This document shows positions 21,565-32,594 of a DNA stretch of 64,000 nt, one piece after another. The first letter of the stretch is position 1. Each line of letters starts with the position of its first letter. The stretch is taken from assembly GCA_963771465.1 (NCBI GenBank), contig CAVYTU010000009.1:128001-192000 (forward strand), written 5' to 3'. This stretch comes from an uncultured delta proteobacterium (GTDB lineage: Bacteria > Desulfobacterota > Binatia > UBA9968). Under the pieces are notes generated by a model. The model saw only the letters and a list, made by a program, of their open reading frames with translations, was not told the origin of the DNA and did not search any database. A program made the position numbers and the translations under genes.

Positions 21565-21999
21565 TCACTTAATGGGATTTAGAAAGAAACGACAGTCATG
21601 AACCCGTTTCTCTTCGAGCCTTGTCGATGCGAGCTCCGCGGGCAATAAAATACTTCGCCGCAACGTCTTATCAGACAAGATCGCGGTCAAGATCACGTAA
21701 GCTGCAAACGCCATAGAGGCAAATATCCAAAGTCCTGCTCCGAGGAGAATGATACCTAAAGTCAGGACGACATAAGGAACCAAAGGCTGCTTAGTCATCT
21801 TTTCCCGAGAACCATTGCGTTCGGTACTTGTCGAACCAAGAACAAACTCCTCCGACCTGCTCTCTAGAGCCTTTGCCGCTCCACCCAACATTCTATCCAT
21901 AGCCATCGTTCCTCCTTTGGAGAGGAGACAAACAGCAACCATTATGCCACCAGAACGGCGCTTCAGATTTTTGATGAAAGTCATTCCCGAAATTTTCAA
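21565..21999 (-). CDS. Hypothetical membrane protein
   Basis: Hydrophobic segment; likely start MAMDR near 21906 after AAAGGAGG. Confidence 0.4.
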   Translation of the reverse strand: MKISGMTFIKNLKRRSGGIMVAVCLLSKGGTMAMDRMLGGAAKALESRSEEFVLGSTSTERNGSREKMTKQPLVPYVVLTLGIILLGAGLWIFASMAFAAYVILTAILSDKTLRRSILLPAELASTRLEEKRVHDCRFFLNPIK

Positions 22000-22738
22000 T
22001 CGCCTGGGCTCTCAGGCTAACCCGGATAGCCGAGAAACAACCAGGAATCTGCTTAAGTTTTGATGGTGGGAGGTTTTTAGCCGCGCTCCCAACCTAGACA
22101 GTGATTTTCCGCGGCATAGATCAACGCCAATTCTGTCATCGTTGCCGTGTCGCGGCTGTGCCAAGGTGAGCAAACGCCGCCGTCCAACTTAATGTCTGGT
22201 CATCGAGTAGTCTTGACAGTCGGTCAACGGAGTGACGACAAATTTGACATGCGCCATCGGATCGCAAGAGAAATGTGCACTGTTTCTCGCAACTCCAGAT
22301 ACCCGCGCGCCGCAAACGATACGGCATTTTGATTGCTTTGAGCATTCTCCACCCCACGATAGAGAAGGAAAAGCGATGGCCATAATCATAAAAGAACCTT
22401 TTTCTCCTAAGCGACGTAATACATACAAGAGTGAATCTCTGATTAGTCTGATTGGGTGGTGGCGGGCTTTGTTGGGAGTCATTTCTCTGATTTTCTGGAA
22501 GGGTCAAAGCCAATAGGAACAATGTTTGATGGTTGCCGAGCCGCTCCTCCTACGATCGTTGTCCGAGGATATGACAGCGGAGATCTGTTTCGTAAAGATG
22601 CGCTCATTCGCATTCGAGAACTTGACCGAGAAATCGCCGAAGATATGAAACCTCTAAAATGATACTCTCATGGATTTGCGATAAACTTCTGAACTTTCGT
22701 GCGAACAATTCCGCCAAGTATTATTCTCCGGTGAGCAA

Positions 22739-23098
22739 ATGATTCTATTCGTCGATGATGACGCAGGAAGCCGACAAGCGTTCGCCAAGATCATTCGACT
22801 TCAAGGACACGAAGTCATGGAAGCGGCCAACGCAACTGAAGCATTAAAAATTCTGGATAGCTTTCACTTGGAGCTAGTGATCAGCGATTTCGTCATGCCC
22901 GATGTGAGTGGCTTTCAGCTTGCCGCGCACATTCGGCAAAAGTGGCCAGATATGCCGATACTCTTGACGTCGGGATACCTTTCACCGGAAATAGCCAAAG
23001 TCATTTCCGGATGGAGCGGAGCGGAATTTATTCCCAAGCCTATTGATGTACCGGCATTTCTAGCGGCAGTTGATAGGCTCGCATGTAGATCCAATTAA
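22739..23098 (+). CDS. Single-domain response regulator (CheY-like)
   Basis: LFVDDD, VISDFVMP, LTSG, FIPKP. Confidence 0.88.
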   Translation: MILFVDDDAGSRQAFAKIIRLQGHEVMEAANATEALKILDSFHLELVISDFVMPDVSGFQLAAHIRQKWPDMPILLTSGYLSPEIAKVISGWSGAEFIPKPIDVPAFLAAVDRLACRSN

Positions 23099-23694
23099 TT
23101 ATTCCCGAACTATTTCTCGCGCCTCTTTATCGTCGCGCAGCCCAACAAAACTGGCGTGCCTCAAATGCGCGTCCGGCGTCCATTCCGTGAACTCGATCTG
23201 GGCGACAAGCCGTGGCCTTGAGAACGCGAAAGTGTAGCCAACGCGTAACGAGGTTACATACGGTTAACCGCGCCCTTATAGAGGCCTCGGTTTTCTTTCG
23301 GGCAGTTAAACCCTCGTAGCGTCGCGCATCTCCTGAACAAAGTGGGAAACTACGGGTAAATTCAGGATAGTGGCTTATTCGTTGCTTTATGGGTAGAGCA
23401 AGAGCAACACAATTTCTGTGCAAAGGAGATACAAATGACCCCGGTAAAACTTTTAATATTTTTTGCTTTATCGTTCTGGATTGACGTCGGTGTGATGGTA
23501 TTGCTTCGCTCGATCTAGCTTCGACTCACACGGCGATCGCACCGCCCACTCGCGCCGCTGGTCTTCTAAACCAGTCTTCATGCTCGGGGACGCGTGTTGG
23601 CGTGTACCGTTTGAGCGCTTGACAACGATCCTAATGGCCATCGGAATTGGCATTATCTTCGTTGGGGCGATTGTCGAGGATGCGCAGGCCAGGT

Positions 23695-24087
23695 TCATAG
23701 ATTGATCCCTTCCGCCGGCCTGCGATAAATCAGTATGTCAAAAGCATAAAACTGAATATGCGTTCCGGCGCGGCTGTGCTGCAATGCATTGAAAGAAGCC
23801 CGTCCGTTCTCGTCGACTGCAACCACTTCGCCGTCGATTAGCGTGTTTGGCGGGAGATTCCCGCACGCTCTGGCGATACCAGGAAACCGGGTCGTGAATC
23901 CATTGCCCCGACGCGACCAGAGCGTAACTCCGCCGGAATACTTCGCCGCAAGGCAGCGGTAGCCATCGAGCTTTGCTTCATAGCTCCAGAGGTTGCCCTC
24001 CGGCAGCTCGCTAACGGCTCGGGCGTACATCGGTTCGATGAACGAGGGACGCAGTGCTGGCAATTTGGAAAGTTCTTTTGTGAGCAT
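23695..24087 (-). pseudogene. ATP-dependent DNA ligase (LigD-ligase type), N-terminal fragment
   Basis: FIEPM, YEAKLDGYR, IDGEVV, FYAFDIL, then abrupt truncation. Confidence 0.85.
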
Positions 24088-24390
24088 GATGGATTAATCA
24101 AATTACCGGGGACTAACGGGCATCTCAAGTGGAACGGCTGGCTAAACATGGCAACGCAAGCGATTAATGTCGCGTCAATGCTGATTGAGCTCGACGGAGT
24201 TCCCAAATGCTGTCGGCCAATGGGGACGAAGGAAAATCCTACAAGTCTGAAGACTTTCTCTTACATAATTCAGTTTTTTGCACGTGCGAAAGGTTAGAAT
24301 TTTCTAGCATTTACATTTTGGTACGGTGATTGCGTTTTCCCGCACAGGACGACGACGACCCGCTCCAGGCGCAATGACGGGAGGGACTGT

Positions 24391-24666
24391 ATGAACCTGA
24401 AAATCATTGGCCTCCAATCTCACGAAGACCATCAGAGTCTAGCTTATACTGTCATGTTCGATGACTTGGACCGTGGCCGGCGTATGGTAGCGCAAATATC
24501 AAAAGCCGCTCTTATCGATCCCGCTGCGCATCCACTTTGTGAAGGAATTGAGGTCGAGCCACAGGCGCGGCCAAAGATTCACTATGAGCAGTACGACACG
24601 GAAGCATTGGTTCGGGTCATCAAGAAATTCATTCGCGACGAAGCGAACCAGGAGCACTCGGAATAG
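24391..24666 (+). CDS. Small hypothetical protein, apparently paired upstream of SRAP
   Basis: GGAGGG RBS; followed by the first codons of a SRAP gene (ATGTGCAACCG). Confidence 0.6.
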   Translation: MNLKIIGLQSHEDHQSLAYTVMFDDLDRGRRMVAQISKAALIDPAAHPLCEGIEVEPQARPKIHYEQYDTEALVRVIKKFIRDEANQEHSE

Positions 24667-24997
24667 CTAATGTGCAACCGGACGGAGCGATTTCGTCTTA
24701 TCAGCATTTTATACCAGCCCCTTTCTTGGCACAGGTTGTCCAACTCTAATATCATGTGACAATAAAAATTACTTAATGTCGCCGATCTCTTTTTCGACCT
24801 CGTAGAACTGGTCTTTGGGGATGTCGAAGGTATTTAAGATGAGGTAGAGCTTCCCCATTGGATCGTCGTCGCCGGTCGCAGACGCCTTTGCGTTGTCCTC
24901 AAGCATCAGGGCGAGCGCCATGCAGAGACACTTGGACGCGCCGCTCTTCTGTCACTTCGGATAGTGTTCGCGCCACAGTCGGTCTATATCGCGGTCT

Positions 24998-25267
24998 TTA
25001 ATTTGATCCACTGTTACCGGCTATCACTCCGACCAAAGTATTTAAAGCGGTGGCGGGCGCGGTTGCGTCAGTGCTTTGCTTCATATAAAAAACGGAATCA
25101 TTACGTTTTTTAATCAATGTCTGTTGGCACGCGCAATGCTCTAACAGGTCGGTCAAATATACTAGCGACAATAGGCTACCACAATGCATGCATTTGAGTG
25201 CTGTCAGTTTGACCTGCTCTGAGCACTGCGGGCAAGATGTGTGTAATGCTCTGTTACAGATAATCAA
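24998..25267 (-). CDS. Zinc-ribbon hypothetical protein
   Basis: CPQC...CMHCG. Confidence 0.35.
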   Translation of the reverse strand: MIICNRALHTSCPQCSEQVKLTALKCMHCGSLLSLVYLTDLLEHCACQQTLIKKRNDSVFYMKQSTDATAPATALNTLVGVIAGNSGSN

Positions 25268-25578
25268 CCCCCGCTGCAGTCAAAACGATCCCAAAGACAC
25301 AGATCAAGCGCCCGCCCTCGACAGCAACATGCGACATGCCGCATAAACCGACCCCGAAAACCACCATGAGCAGACCGAGAATATTGGACAGGGTGCGCAT
25401 ACTTCACCTCATAACGACCATTGATCGTAAAAATGAACTGTACGATGGACGCCGCGGGTTTATCGCTAATGGGTTTGGATTGCAACCAGCGCAAAACACC
25501 GACGCCTGCAATTATATCTCTTGAAAACGACCCTGCATAGTGGAAACTTTTTTCTATCACAAGGAACGCGAGGGCTGA

Positions 25579-25706
25579 ATGAAACTGAAAATCGTTGGTC
25601 TCCAGACCCGTGGAAAGTTGTGCTCTGTGAAATACCCACCGAAGATGTGGTTCGGACTATCAAGAAATTCATCCGTGACGAAGAGAACCGGGAGCTCCGG
25701 GAATAG
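25579..25706 (+). pseudogene. Internally deleted paralog of 24391-24666
   Basis: MKLKIVGLQT vs MNLKIIGLQS at the start and IKKFIRDE at the end, in different frames. Confidence 0.65.
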
Positions 25707-25709
25707 CTA

Positions 25710-26420
25710 ATGTGCAACCGCGTGCGAGCCTCCTTCGAGTTTCGTGACATCAAGCTCCACTGGGATCTTGTCAACGACCTGCCGCAGTTTAAGCCTATCT
25801 ATAACGTCTCGCCCGGCCGCAAAGAAGCGGACGTGTTAGCCATCATACGCGGAGAGCGAGGTAACGAAGGCCGGCTCATGTACTGGCCGCTGATTCCGTC
25901 CCACGAAAAAAGCATGAAGCTTTCCTACAGCACGATGAATGCGAAGGTCGAACGGTTGCGCGAAAGCCGCACGTATCAAAGACTGCTGCAAAACCGCAGG
26001 TGTGTTATTCCGGTCGACGGCTTCTATGAGTTTGCGGGTGAAAAGGGATCAAAGATTCCGTGGTTTATCTATCTGAAATCCAAGGAGCCTTTTTCACTTG
26101 CCGGACTTTGGGATACCTGGAAAAAACCGGACGGCGGCATTCTCGATTCATTCACCATCATCACTTTGCCGGCCAACGACTTCATGCGGCCGATCCACGA
26201 TAGGATACCGGCGATCTTACATCCTGATGATGAAGAGACCTGGCTTAACTGCACGGGCAATCCTTTTGAAAAGGCCGAGCCTTTGCTTGTGCCGTTTCCC
26301 TCGGAAGAAATGGCGGCACATATCACGACCACGCGTGTCAACAACTCGAGATATAACGAACCGGATGCCGGCGCACCTATCGAGGATTTGAGCAGTTGGG
26401 TTCGCAAGGCCGGAGAGTAG
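25710..26420 (+). CDS. SOS response-associated peptidase (SRAP/YedK/HMCES family)
   Basis: N-terminal MCNR (catalytic Cys2), RRCVIPVDGFYE, AGLW, IHDRIP. Confidence 0.92.
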   Translation: MCNRVRASFEFRDIKLHWDLVNDLPQFKPIYNVSPGRKEADVLAIIRGERGNEGRLMYWPLIPSHEKSMKLSYSTMNAKVERLRESRTYQRLLQNRRCVIPVDGFYEFAGEKGSKIPWFIYLKSKEPFSLAGLWDTWKKPDGGILDSFTIITLPANDFMRPIHDRIPAILHPDDEETWLNCTGNPFEKAEPLLVPFPSEEMAAHITTTRVNNSRYNEPDAGAPIEDLSSWVRKAGE

Positions 26421-26423
26421 CCG

Positions 26424-26876
26424 ATGGATCCCGTCATTGTTAGTGCCTTGGCCGCCGTGCTTGGATCGCTTGTGGGCGGTTCCGCCACGTTCGCCACCGC
26501 GTGGGTTACGCAGAGGACGCTGAGCAAGCGTGAACTAATCGCTGGGGAGATCCGTACGCGTGAAATGCTTTACGGCGAGTTTATTCGCGCATGCTCCAAA
26601 CTCGTCGTCGACTCGTTCGAACGCGCACTAGACAAGCCGGAGACGTTGTTGCCGGCGTACGAGCTGCTCAATCGCATTCGGCTTTGCGCATCCGATGCGG
26701 TGCTTAGTCAGGCCGAGCAAGTGTTGCAGCGGATCACGGAACAATACTTCTCGCCCAATCTCTCGGTAGACGAAATCCGGGCCCTGGTTCTATCAGGAAA
26801 AACCGATGGCGATCCGCTCAAATCCTTTGGGGAGGCCTGCCGCCTGGAGATAAAATCCCTTCGCGCCAGGGCGTAG
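26424..26876 (+). CDS. Hypothetical protein with N-terminal TM anchor
   Basis: 150-aa ORF 3 bp after SRAP; GGAG RBS. Confidence 0.7.
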   Translation: MDPVIVSALAAVLGSLVGGSATFATAWVTQRTLSKRELIAGEIRTREMLYGEFIRACSKLVVDSFERALDKPETLLPAYELLNRIRLCASDAVLSQAEQVLQRITEQYFSPNLSVDEIRALVLSGKTDGDPLKSFGEACRLEIKSLRARA

Positions 26877-27146
26877 TCGTGATGCCAAACGCCTTATGTC
26901 GAGAAGAAACGTGCGAGTATTGGAAGCGCTCAGCATACTGGAAGCCGCGACCGTCACTTGCAAAAAGTATGAGCGACGACAAGCTAATTTGCAGCAGTCG
27001 GCCGCTGGTCCCTGCAGAACGCCGCAGGGTGCTTCGCTTTTTCCACTTCTATTCAAAGTGCAATGGCGCGGAGCGCGCCTGTGCAGCCAAGCTATTTAGA
27101 GTGATACGAGTTCGGTGGTTAAAATGCAGGGCTTGGGTCTCTAAAC

Positions 27147-28172
27147 CTACATACCTTTCACTTTCTCCCGCACCAGCCTGTGCGAAAAACACAGACTGGT
27201 AGTAGTGTCATCGAGGGTTTGGTTGCAAACGACGTCGGCCAGGATGTATTTGGGATTCCCGGTCTTATCAATAAATGTAGGTCTGATTTTGGCAAAATCA
27301 GTGATTCCCGTCGGATTATCCGGATCACAATTGCCACTACCACCGATCACCGGAACGATCCACCAGGTGTTAGGCCATCCGTTCGCTGAAAAAAAGTCCT
27401 CAGCTGTCTTCATAACAGTATTCACTTGTCCTTTATTTTGGCAAATTTGAGAACCTATCCCGAGCGTGCCGTTTAATGTATTGCCCGAGCAAGTTCCGGC
27501 GGTCTCGAAACCTGCCTTGATATCGGGTGCTCCCGATGAACAATCGAAAAAGGTCGTCCAGCAAGCGTTCTCGCCAGCGGGGTTCTCCCCATCCTTGGTC
27601 GGGTGTTGCATTTGTATCTTCACATTGTCTACTTGAGTGCTCCCATTGCAGATGCCTGACCACAACGCAATCGGGATCGCCGGCTTCGCTTGTATTGTCG
27701 CAACCGCACTAACGTTAACATCCTTAGTCCCCGCAGTAGTGATGCCCAGTAAATTCAGCAGCGGTGTTAAAAACACGGGGGTGGTTATTGCACTGTTATT
27801 GGTGGCTGTCTCCAGCGCTACTCGCACGCCGTTGGCCGTGTTTATGTTTTCCGCATAATTAGTGATCGTATTAGTGGCATAATCGTATTTAACGTAGCTG
27901 ACATTAGCGGCTTTAATCGGATTGGTTTGAATTTCGACGTAGTTATTTGTCGAATTGAAACCCATCGCTCGGTTTTCAACCTGCGCAGCGACGCGAGACG
28001 GCAACCCCGACACTGCGGCTAGCGCCGCAGCATCCACCGCGGCTTGGCCCTGATTTCGAACATACGTCAGCTGACCCGCGTCCAAACCGAGGCCGACGAT
28101 TATCATGAGAATGACAATCATTAGTGTCGCGAATATTAGAACTGCCCCCCGCTCATTTTTTATCGTTTGCAT
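27147..28172 (-). CDS. TadG-like pilus assembly protein (Tad domain)
   Basis: NERGAVLIF prepilin-like start, LDAGQ...QAAVDAAALAAV; AGGAG RBS. Confidence 0.8.
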   Translation of the reverse strand: MQTIKNERGAVLIFATLMIVILMIIVGLGLDAGQLTYVRNQGQAAVDAAALAAVSGLPSRVAAQVENRAMGFNSTNNYVEIQTNPIKAANVSYVKYDYATNTITNYAENINTANGVRVALETATNNSAITTPVFLTPLLNLLGITTAGTKDVNVSAVATIQAKPAIPIALWSGICNGSTQVDNVKIQMQHPTKDGENPAGENACWTTFFDCSSGAPDIKAGFETAGTCSGNTLNGTLGIGSQICQNKGQVNTVMKTAEDFFSANGWPNTWWIVPVIGGSGNCDPDNPTGITDFAKIRPTFIDKTGNPKYILADVVCNQTLDDTTTSLCFSHRLVREKVKGM

Positions 28173-28562
28173 ATAGTCTCCTGAATCAGCCCGTTGCGCC
28201 GGTCGATCAATATCGCTTGGGCATTAACAGCGAACAACAGTACAGCCAAGACGCCAAAGTTATGAGTTTCATGGCCCGTGCTTGTATTCAAAACAGGATT
28301 ATGTGTCAAGAGGCGGTATTTCGTGGTGTAAATTGACGCACTAAAGGCGAACGGCGCAACGAACGGGAAAGAAACCAACTTCGTGAAGCGCTGCGAGTGG
28401 CGACTCGAGGGATTCAGCAGGCATGCGCCGTGCTACTCGCCGATAAGATGAACGAGCTCGCCGGCGTTTCAGAGAGAACGAGGCCGAGATCGATCATCTG
28501 CGGTGGCAGCTTGACGTCGTGCGGCGACCGGTTCGATAAAATTACGGGTTGAATTTGGCGGC

Positions 28563-29072
28563 TTATTTCGATTCGTCGTCCTCACTGCCCCCTTTTGTAA
28601 TTGTAGCGGCGCGAAGCCCTTGATCTCCGCTTTCCTCCGCATTCACAATCAGCGCTGTGAGCGTCGCGATATTCGCTGTGCTCTGGCCCTCTAACAATCT
28701 CCGCTGCTGAAAGACTCGATCGACCAAGGCGATTGTCGGGATCATTTGGCTATCACCCTTGTCTATTAGCTCGTGCAGCCGATGCCGGCCTTTGGCGCCG
28801 AGTAAATAGAGATCGCTTAGCTCTTTCTCTTTGATCTTTTCGACCATCTCACTGAGTGCCGGGTCGTTGTAAACGTCGCTCTTCAGATACTTCAATACAG
28901 TGTTATGGCTCCGGTCCATCCGAGCGGCGATAGACGTTGGACTCTCTCCGAGTTCGTTCATAGCCTTCATTCGCGCCAGTTCTTTTTTGCTAGGTTTTTT
29001 TCCGGGCACGGGTGAGTAGTCCTTTTTGCTTGAAATGGGAATCGGAAGGGAGCTGCGCACCTCATCGCTCAT
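28563..29072 (-). CDS. HTH protein, phage small-terminase-like
   Basis: GESPTSIAARMDRSHNTVLKYL HTH; RLLEGQSTAN tail; lies at the element end. Confidence 0.55.
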   Translation of the reverse strand: MSDEVRSSLPIPISSKKDYSPVPGKKPSKKELARMKAMNELGESPTSIAARMDRSHNTVLKYLKSDVYNDPALSEMVEKIKEKELSDLYLLGAKGRHRLHELIDKGDSQMIPTIALVDRVFQQRRLLEGQSTANIATLTALIVNAEESGDQGLRAATITKGGSEDDESK

Positions 29073-29252
29073 CGGTTTCCCCCCGCCCCGCCTCGATTTT
29101 ACTGAACCGGAACCGTTCCGGTTTTTGCGGGAATTGTCGGGTAAAACGCGGGACTTTTCGGGATTCGGGATTCTACTCCCCTACTCTCTTTAACTTCGAA
29201 ATATCAATTACTTTAGGCTCTTCGCTGTTGTCATCAAAATTAACCGTTTCAA

Positions 29253-29278
29253 GTTCAAATCCCGTCGGGGACGCCAAA
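29253..29278 (+). repeat. att repeat: 3' end of tRNA-Glu
   Basis: GTTCAAATCCCGTCGGGGACGCCAAA identical to 16875-16900. Confidence 0.93.
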
Positions 29279-29281
29279 CAA

Positions 29282-29590
29282 TCAAGCAGTTACAGATTTT
29301 CCCGTTTCTTGCTGATTCTCTTCGGGACAATTTCGTGACAAAGCACGGAAGGCGTTCCTGAATTCGGCTTTTTGAAGGTTCTGATATTTTTTGTAACTGG
29401 CAACGCTCTTGTGCCCCGCTGCTAACATCGCCGCCGCAGTGGGAACATTAGCCGCCGCCCACCTAGAAATTGCGCAGTGTCTCAAGTCATGAAAGCGGGA
29501 GTTTTTGAGTCCCGCTTTCTTGCAAGCTGCGCGGAACCAGTATTCAAAAAGGTTCTTCGGTAAGCTGCGAGGAGATACTATGGCGTCCAT
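29282..29590 (-). pseudogene. Tyrosine integrase C-terminal fragment (element 4)
   Basis: FHDLRH...AAGH...YKKY, ending 3 bp from the att repeat. Confidence 0.85.
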
Positions 29591-30093
29591 TTTTTGTTAT
29601 AGAAAAGGCATAAAATTGGTAAAGCGCGCTTGGAAAGCGGTTGCTTTAGTTGAACTGGTGGTTGCAGCAGGTGCGCTACTTTTCATCTTTTCGCATTATT
29701 TTTCTTACTCCGTTTTCGTATCAAATCTCCGTCACCAGGCTAACGCTGCACACTTTGCCCAACCACGATAGTGGCGCCTGTTGATTAGTTGCTTGACTTT
29801 CTCCATGCCGCCTGCCTCCCTGCTCCTCTGATTATCACTTCTGCATGCTCAGGACTTTTCTCAAGTCACGTATCTGAGTTTCCAAGGCATCTAATGTTGC
29901 GGCGACACGATTCAATATTTGGGGGTTACGTTTCCATATCCTCCTTTGTAAAGGTAACGCGAGCGAGATAGTCGGCGTCTACCAGATCGCGCCCAAATGA
30001 GAGCTATCCAGAACTCTCCGCGGGAGCTTTTGTGTCCCTTGTTCGCATTTGCCTTGACCCTTTCGATAACCACTGCGGAAAAAATTACAGATG

Positions 30094-31101
30094 TTATCTT
30101 TTGGCGGTTGGGACGATTCTAGGCTGTTGATGTGCGGGCTTTACCTGCGCCTCCGTAAGAGGATCTAATTTAACATTGGTGAAGGATTTTGACAGCGGAG
30201 CCTTCAGCGATTGGCGAACAATTTCTGCCTGGATTGAAGACTTCTGGTCATTGACGTTGGTGATTTCAATCTTTGTTTCGGACTTTAACCCTCCCTCAAA
30301 CACATCAAACAGAGAGCGCGAACGGGCTGCGGCTATTTCGATGGTTTTCCGAATTATTTGGGCCGCTTCGATAACGGTCGAAGATCGCGTCATATCGCTC
30401 ACGATCAGTGCCGTGTAACCGTCGATGATACTTAGATCGTTATTTATATCGTGAGCTACGTCAGTCACAATCGCGCGTATCTTTTCAGACTGAGCTGTCA
30501 TTTCCGATGCGACAGCTCGTGCTTTCCACAATCGCCAGGAAGTCGAAGCGACCTCAGTTAAGGTCTTGAGGATGCGCACATCGTTTTGATCGAATTTGCG
30601 GCTCTCGTCGTGGGCAATGATCCAGAGAGTACCGATAGGGTTATTTTCAACTTGAAATGGGACGAGCAAGATTTCAACGATTGCTGGTTGAGATTTTAGT
30701 GCGGGGAAAGCCCGATCTACCCTACGCATGAGCAGGGCGGCGTTCTGATCGATTGCGGCGCCACAAGGACTTGTATCTCTAAGCATCGTGCTATTACGGC
30801 GATCACTAAACACTCCTGCGACCGCTTCCCAACGGATTACTTCCTGGCCATCCTTTTGTTCGAGTAAGCTAATTCCGGCAGAATCGGCGTGGCAAAGTTG
30901 CAAAGCGGTCTCGGCAAGCGATTGCCAAATTTGATCGGGGGAGCCCGCTAAAATCCGTGCGAGCGAAGTTAAAGACTTATTCTCGGCTTCATAATCAGGC
31001 AGTCTCGCAGGCCGACACAAAAGTTCGGAATTGATGATGACATCAGCTAATCCAGAAACTTGGTGTTCGGGATTATTCCCGCTGTCTTCGTAATTGACCA
31101 T
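30094..31101 (-). CDS. GAF-domain sensor with HisKA-like helix, no ATPase domain
   Basis: ADSAGISLL...LLVPF...IGTLWI GAF; VAHDINNDL H-box. Confidence 0.75.
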   Translation of the reverse strand: MVNYEDSGNNPEHQVSGLADVIINSELLCRPARLPDYEAENKSLTSLARILAGSPDQIWQSLAETALQLCHADSAGISLLEQKDGQEVIRWEAVAGVFSDRRNSTMLRDTSPCGAAIDQNAALLMRRVDRAFPALKSQPAIVEILLVPFQVENNPIGTLWIIAHDESRKFDQNDVRILKTLTEVASTSWRLWKARAVASEMTAQSEKIRAIVTDVAHDINNDLSIIDGYTALIVSDMTRSSTVIEAAQIIRKTIEIAAARSRSLFDVFEGGLKSETKIEITNVNDQKSSIQAEIVRQSLKAPLSKSFTNVKLDPLTEAQVKPAHQQPRIVPTAKR

Positions 31102-31909
31102 TCTTTTCCCGTCAGTCAGGTTTTATTTGGTAAGTTCCAGAGGCGCTGAGAATATAATATGAATGATCAAATGCAAGGATCATGTGCAAAGTGTAATTGT
31201 CACGCTTAAGGAAATACATCCACGAGAGTACGCTGCTGACGCCGAACCAAGCCGACACGTCCAGATCGCTGAGCTTCTTTTTCTGCAAACGCGAATCGAC
31301 AGTTTAACCTGATTTTGTAGGCGGTGACTTTTAGCAGGCAAAGTTGCCGTTCAATGGACGACGATGCAACTCCTCCAGTTGCATCTGATTCCACCATAAT
31401 TACCGAACCGTCCTTCGAAAATCAGGGTATGCTGCTTGCTCAAGTCTCCGGTGCCGGGGTGGGAAACCGCAACTGGAAATCACAGCTGGATTCTACATTA
31501 CACCTGGTCAAATTCCTGCCCCGGCACCAAATTTGGGAGGCGAGACAATGAAATCCAAAATGGACGATGGGTGTACATGCCCACGATGTCACGACCCAAT
31601 TCCTGCTCAGTTCTACTGCCGCACCTGCGGCTACCTGCCGGACTGGCGGCAGATGGCGCAGGAGAAGAACGAGGTATCCAGCGAGGCGGCATAGGCGTGA
31701 GCTAGTTAAGGAGCGTTGAAAATCTCTTGAGCTTCCATCGGTGGAGATGACGACCGCTGCAAGATCTCTACAAGCAAGCGAGTCTTGTCATCCCATCGTT
31801 CGGCTAACTCGGTGTTTGCCGTGATCGCGTCACTAACGCCGACTCATGCCGACTTATACTCAGGGACACCACCGAGCCGACAATCATAACATCCCTTGAT
31901 AAACGCGGA

Positions 31910-31990
31910 TTAATCGCTCAAACCGCGTTGTTGTTCCCGTGCCTCATGCTCAACCCGTCTAAACTCTTCCATTTGTGAAAACGGATAGGC
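31910..31990 (-). pseudogene. Thermonuclease (SNase) C-terminal relic
   Basis: YPFSQMEEFRRVEHEAREQQRGL matches the SNase C-terminal pattern. Confidence 0.5.
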
Positions 31991-32594
31991 CGTATTAAAC
32001 GTGTCCACCGTGGTTAAAGTATCGCGGTGGTGTAGAACTAGGCAGCAAATTGGCCTGCGTACCCGCATGGCTGATTGCGATGGGGCGGTATTAGTGATTG
32101 ACAAACAGCTGTAACGTGGGCAATAGACGCAACAAAATACGGAGCGATAGATCGTAAAAGATTATTCGCATGCCTGGCGCTTTTGCTGGGACTGACAAGC
32201 CCGCTTCTTGCTGACGACACCGATAAATGGAAGCTGCGCCAGCAGCAAGACGAGTTGCGTGAAGAGTACGACAAAATGCGCCGTCAACACGAAGAGCAGC
32301 TGCGCCAGTTTGAGGAACGACAAAGGCGGATCAAACAGCTTAGGCGGAATCGACGGCCGCGCGAGGGCACAAAAGGGCAAGGCGTGGAGTCCGGCTCGTA
32401 ATATCAAAAAATTTTATTGGGCTTGGAGCTTCACGCCGTTGGGTGGCATCCGATCGACGCGTGCCCCACACATCGCCCCCTTCTTACCCAGGCCTTTCCA
32501 GACCTCTAGCCTCCCACTATTCCCCCAAGCCTGTTTGGGCTAATGAGGTTGTGAAGCGACTACACTGCTGTCTCCCTCCCGTTTGGATCGCCCG

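Larger units (their letters stand above)
16899..29278. mobile_element. Decayed integrative element 3 in tRNA-Glu
   Basis: 26-bp repeat 16875-16900 = 29253-29278; integrase pseudogene next to the tRNA; GTTCCGG arm-like motifs at 16930-16952 and 29107-29121. Confidence 0.8.
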
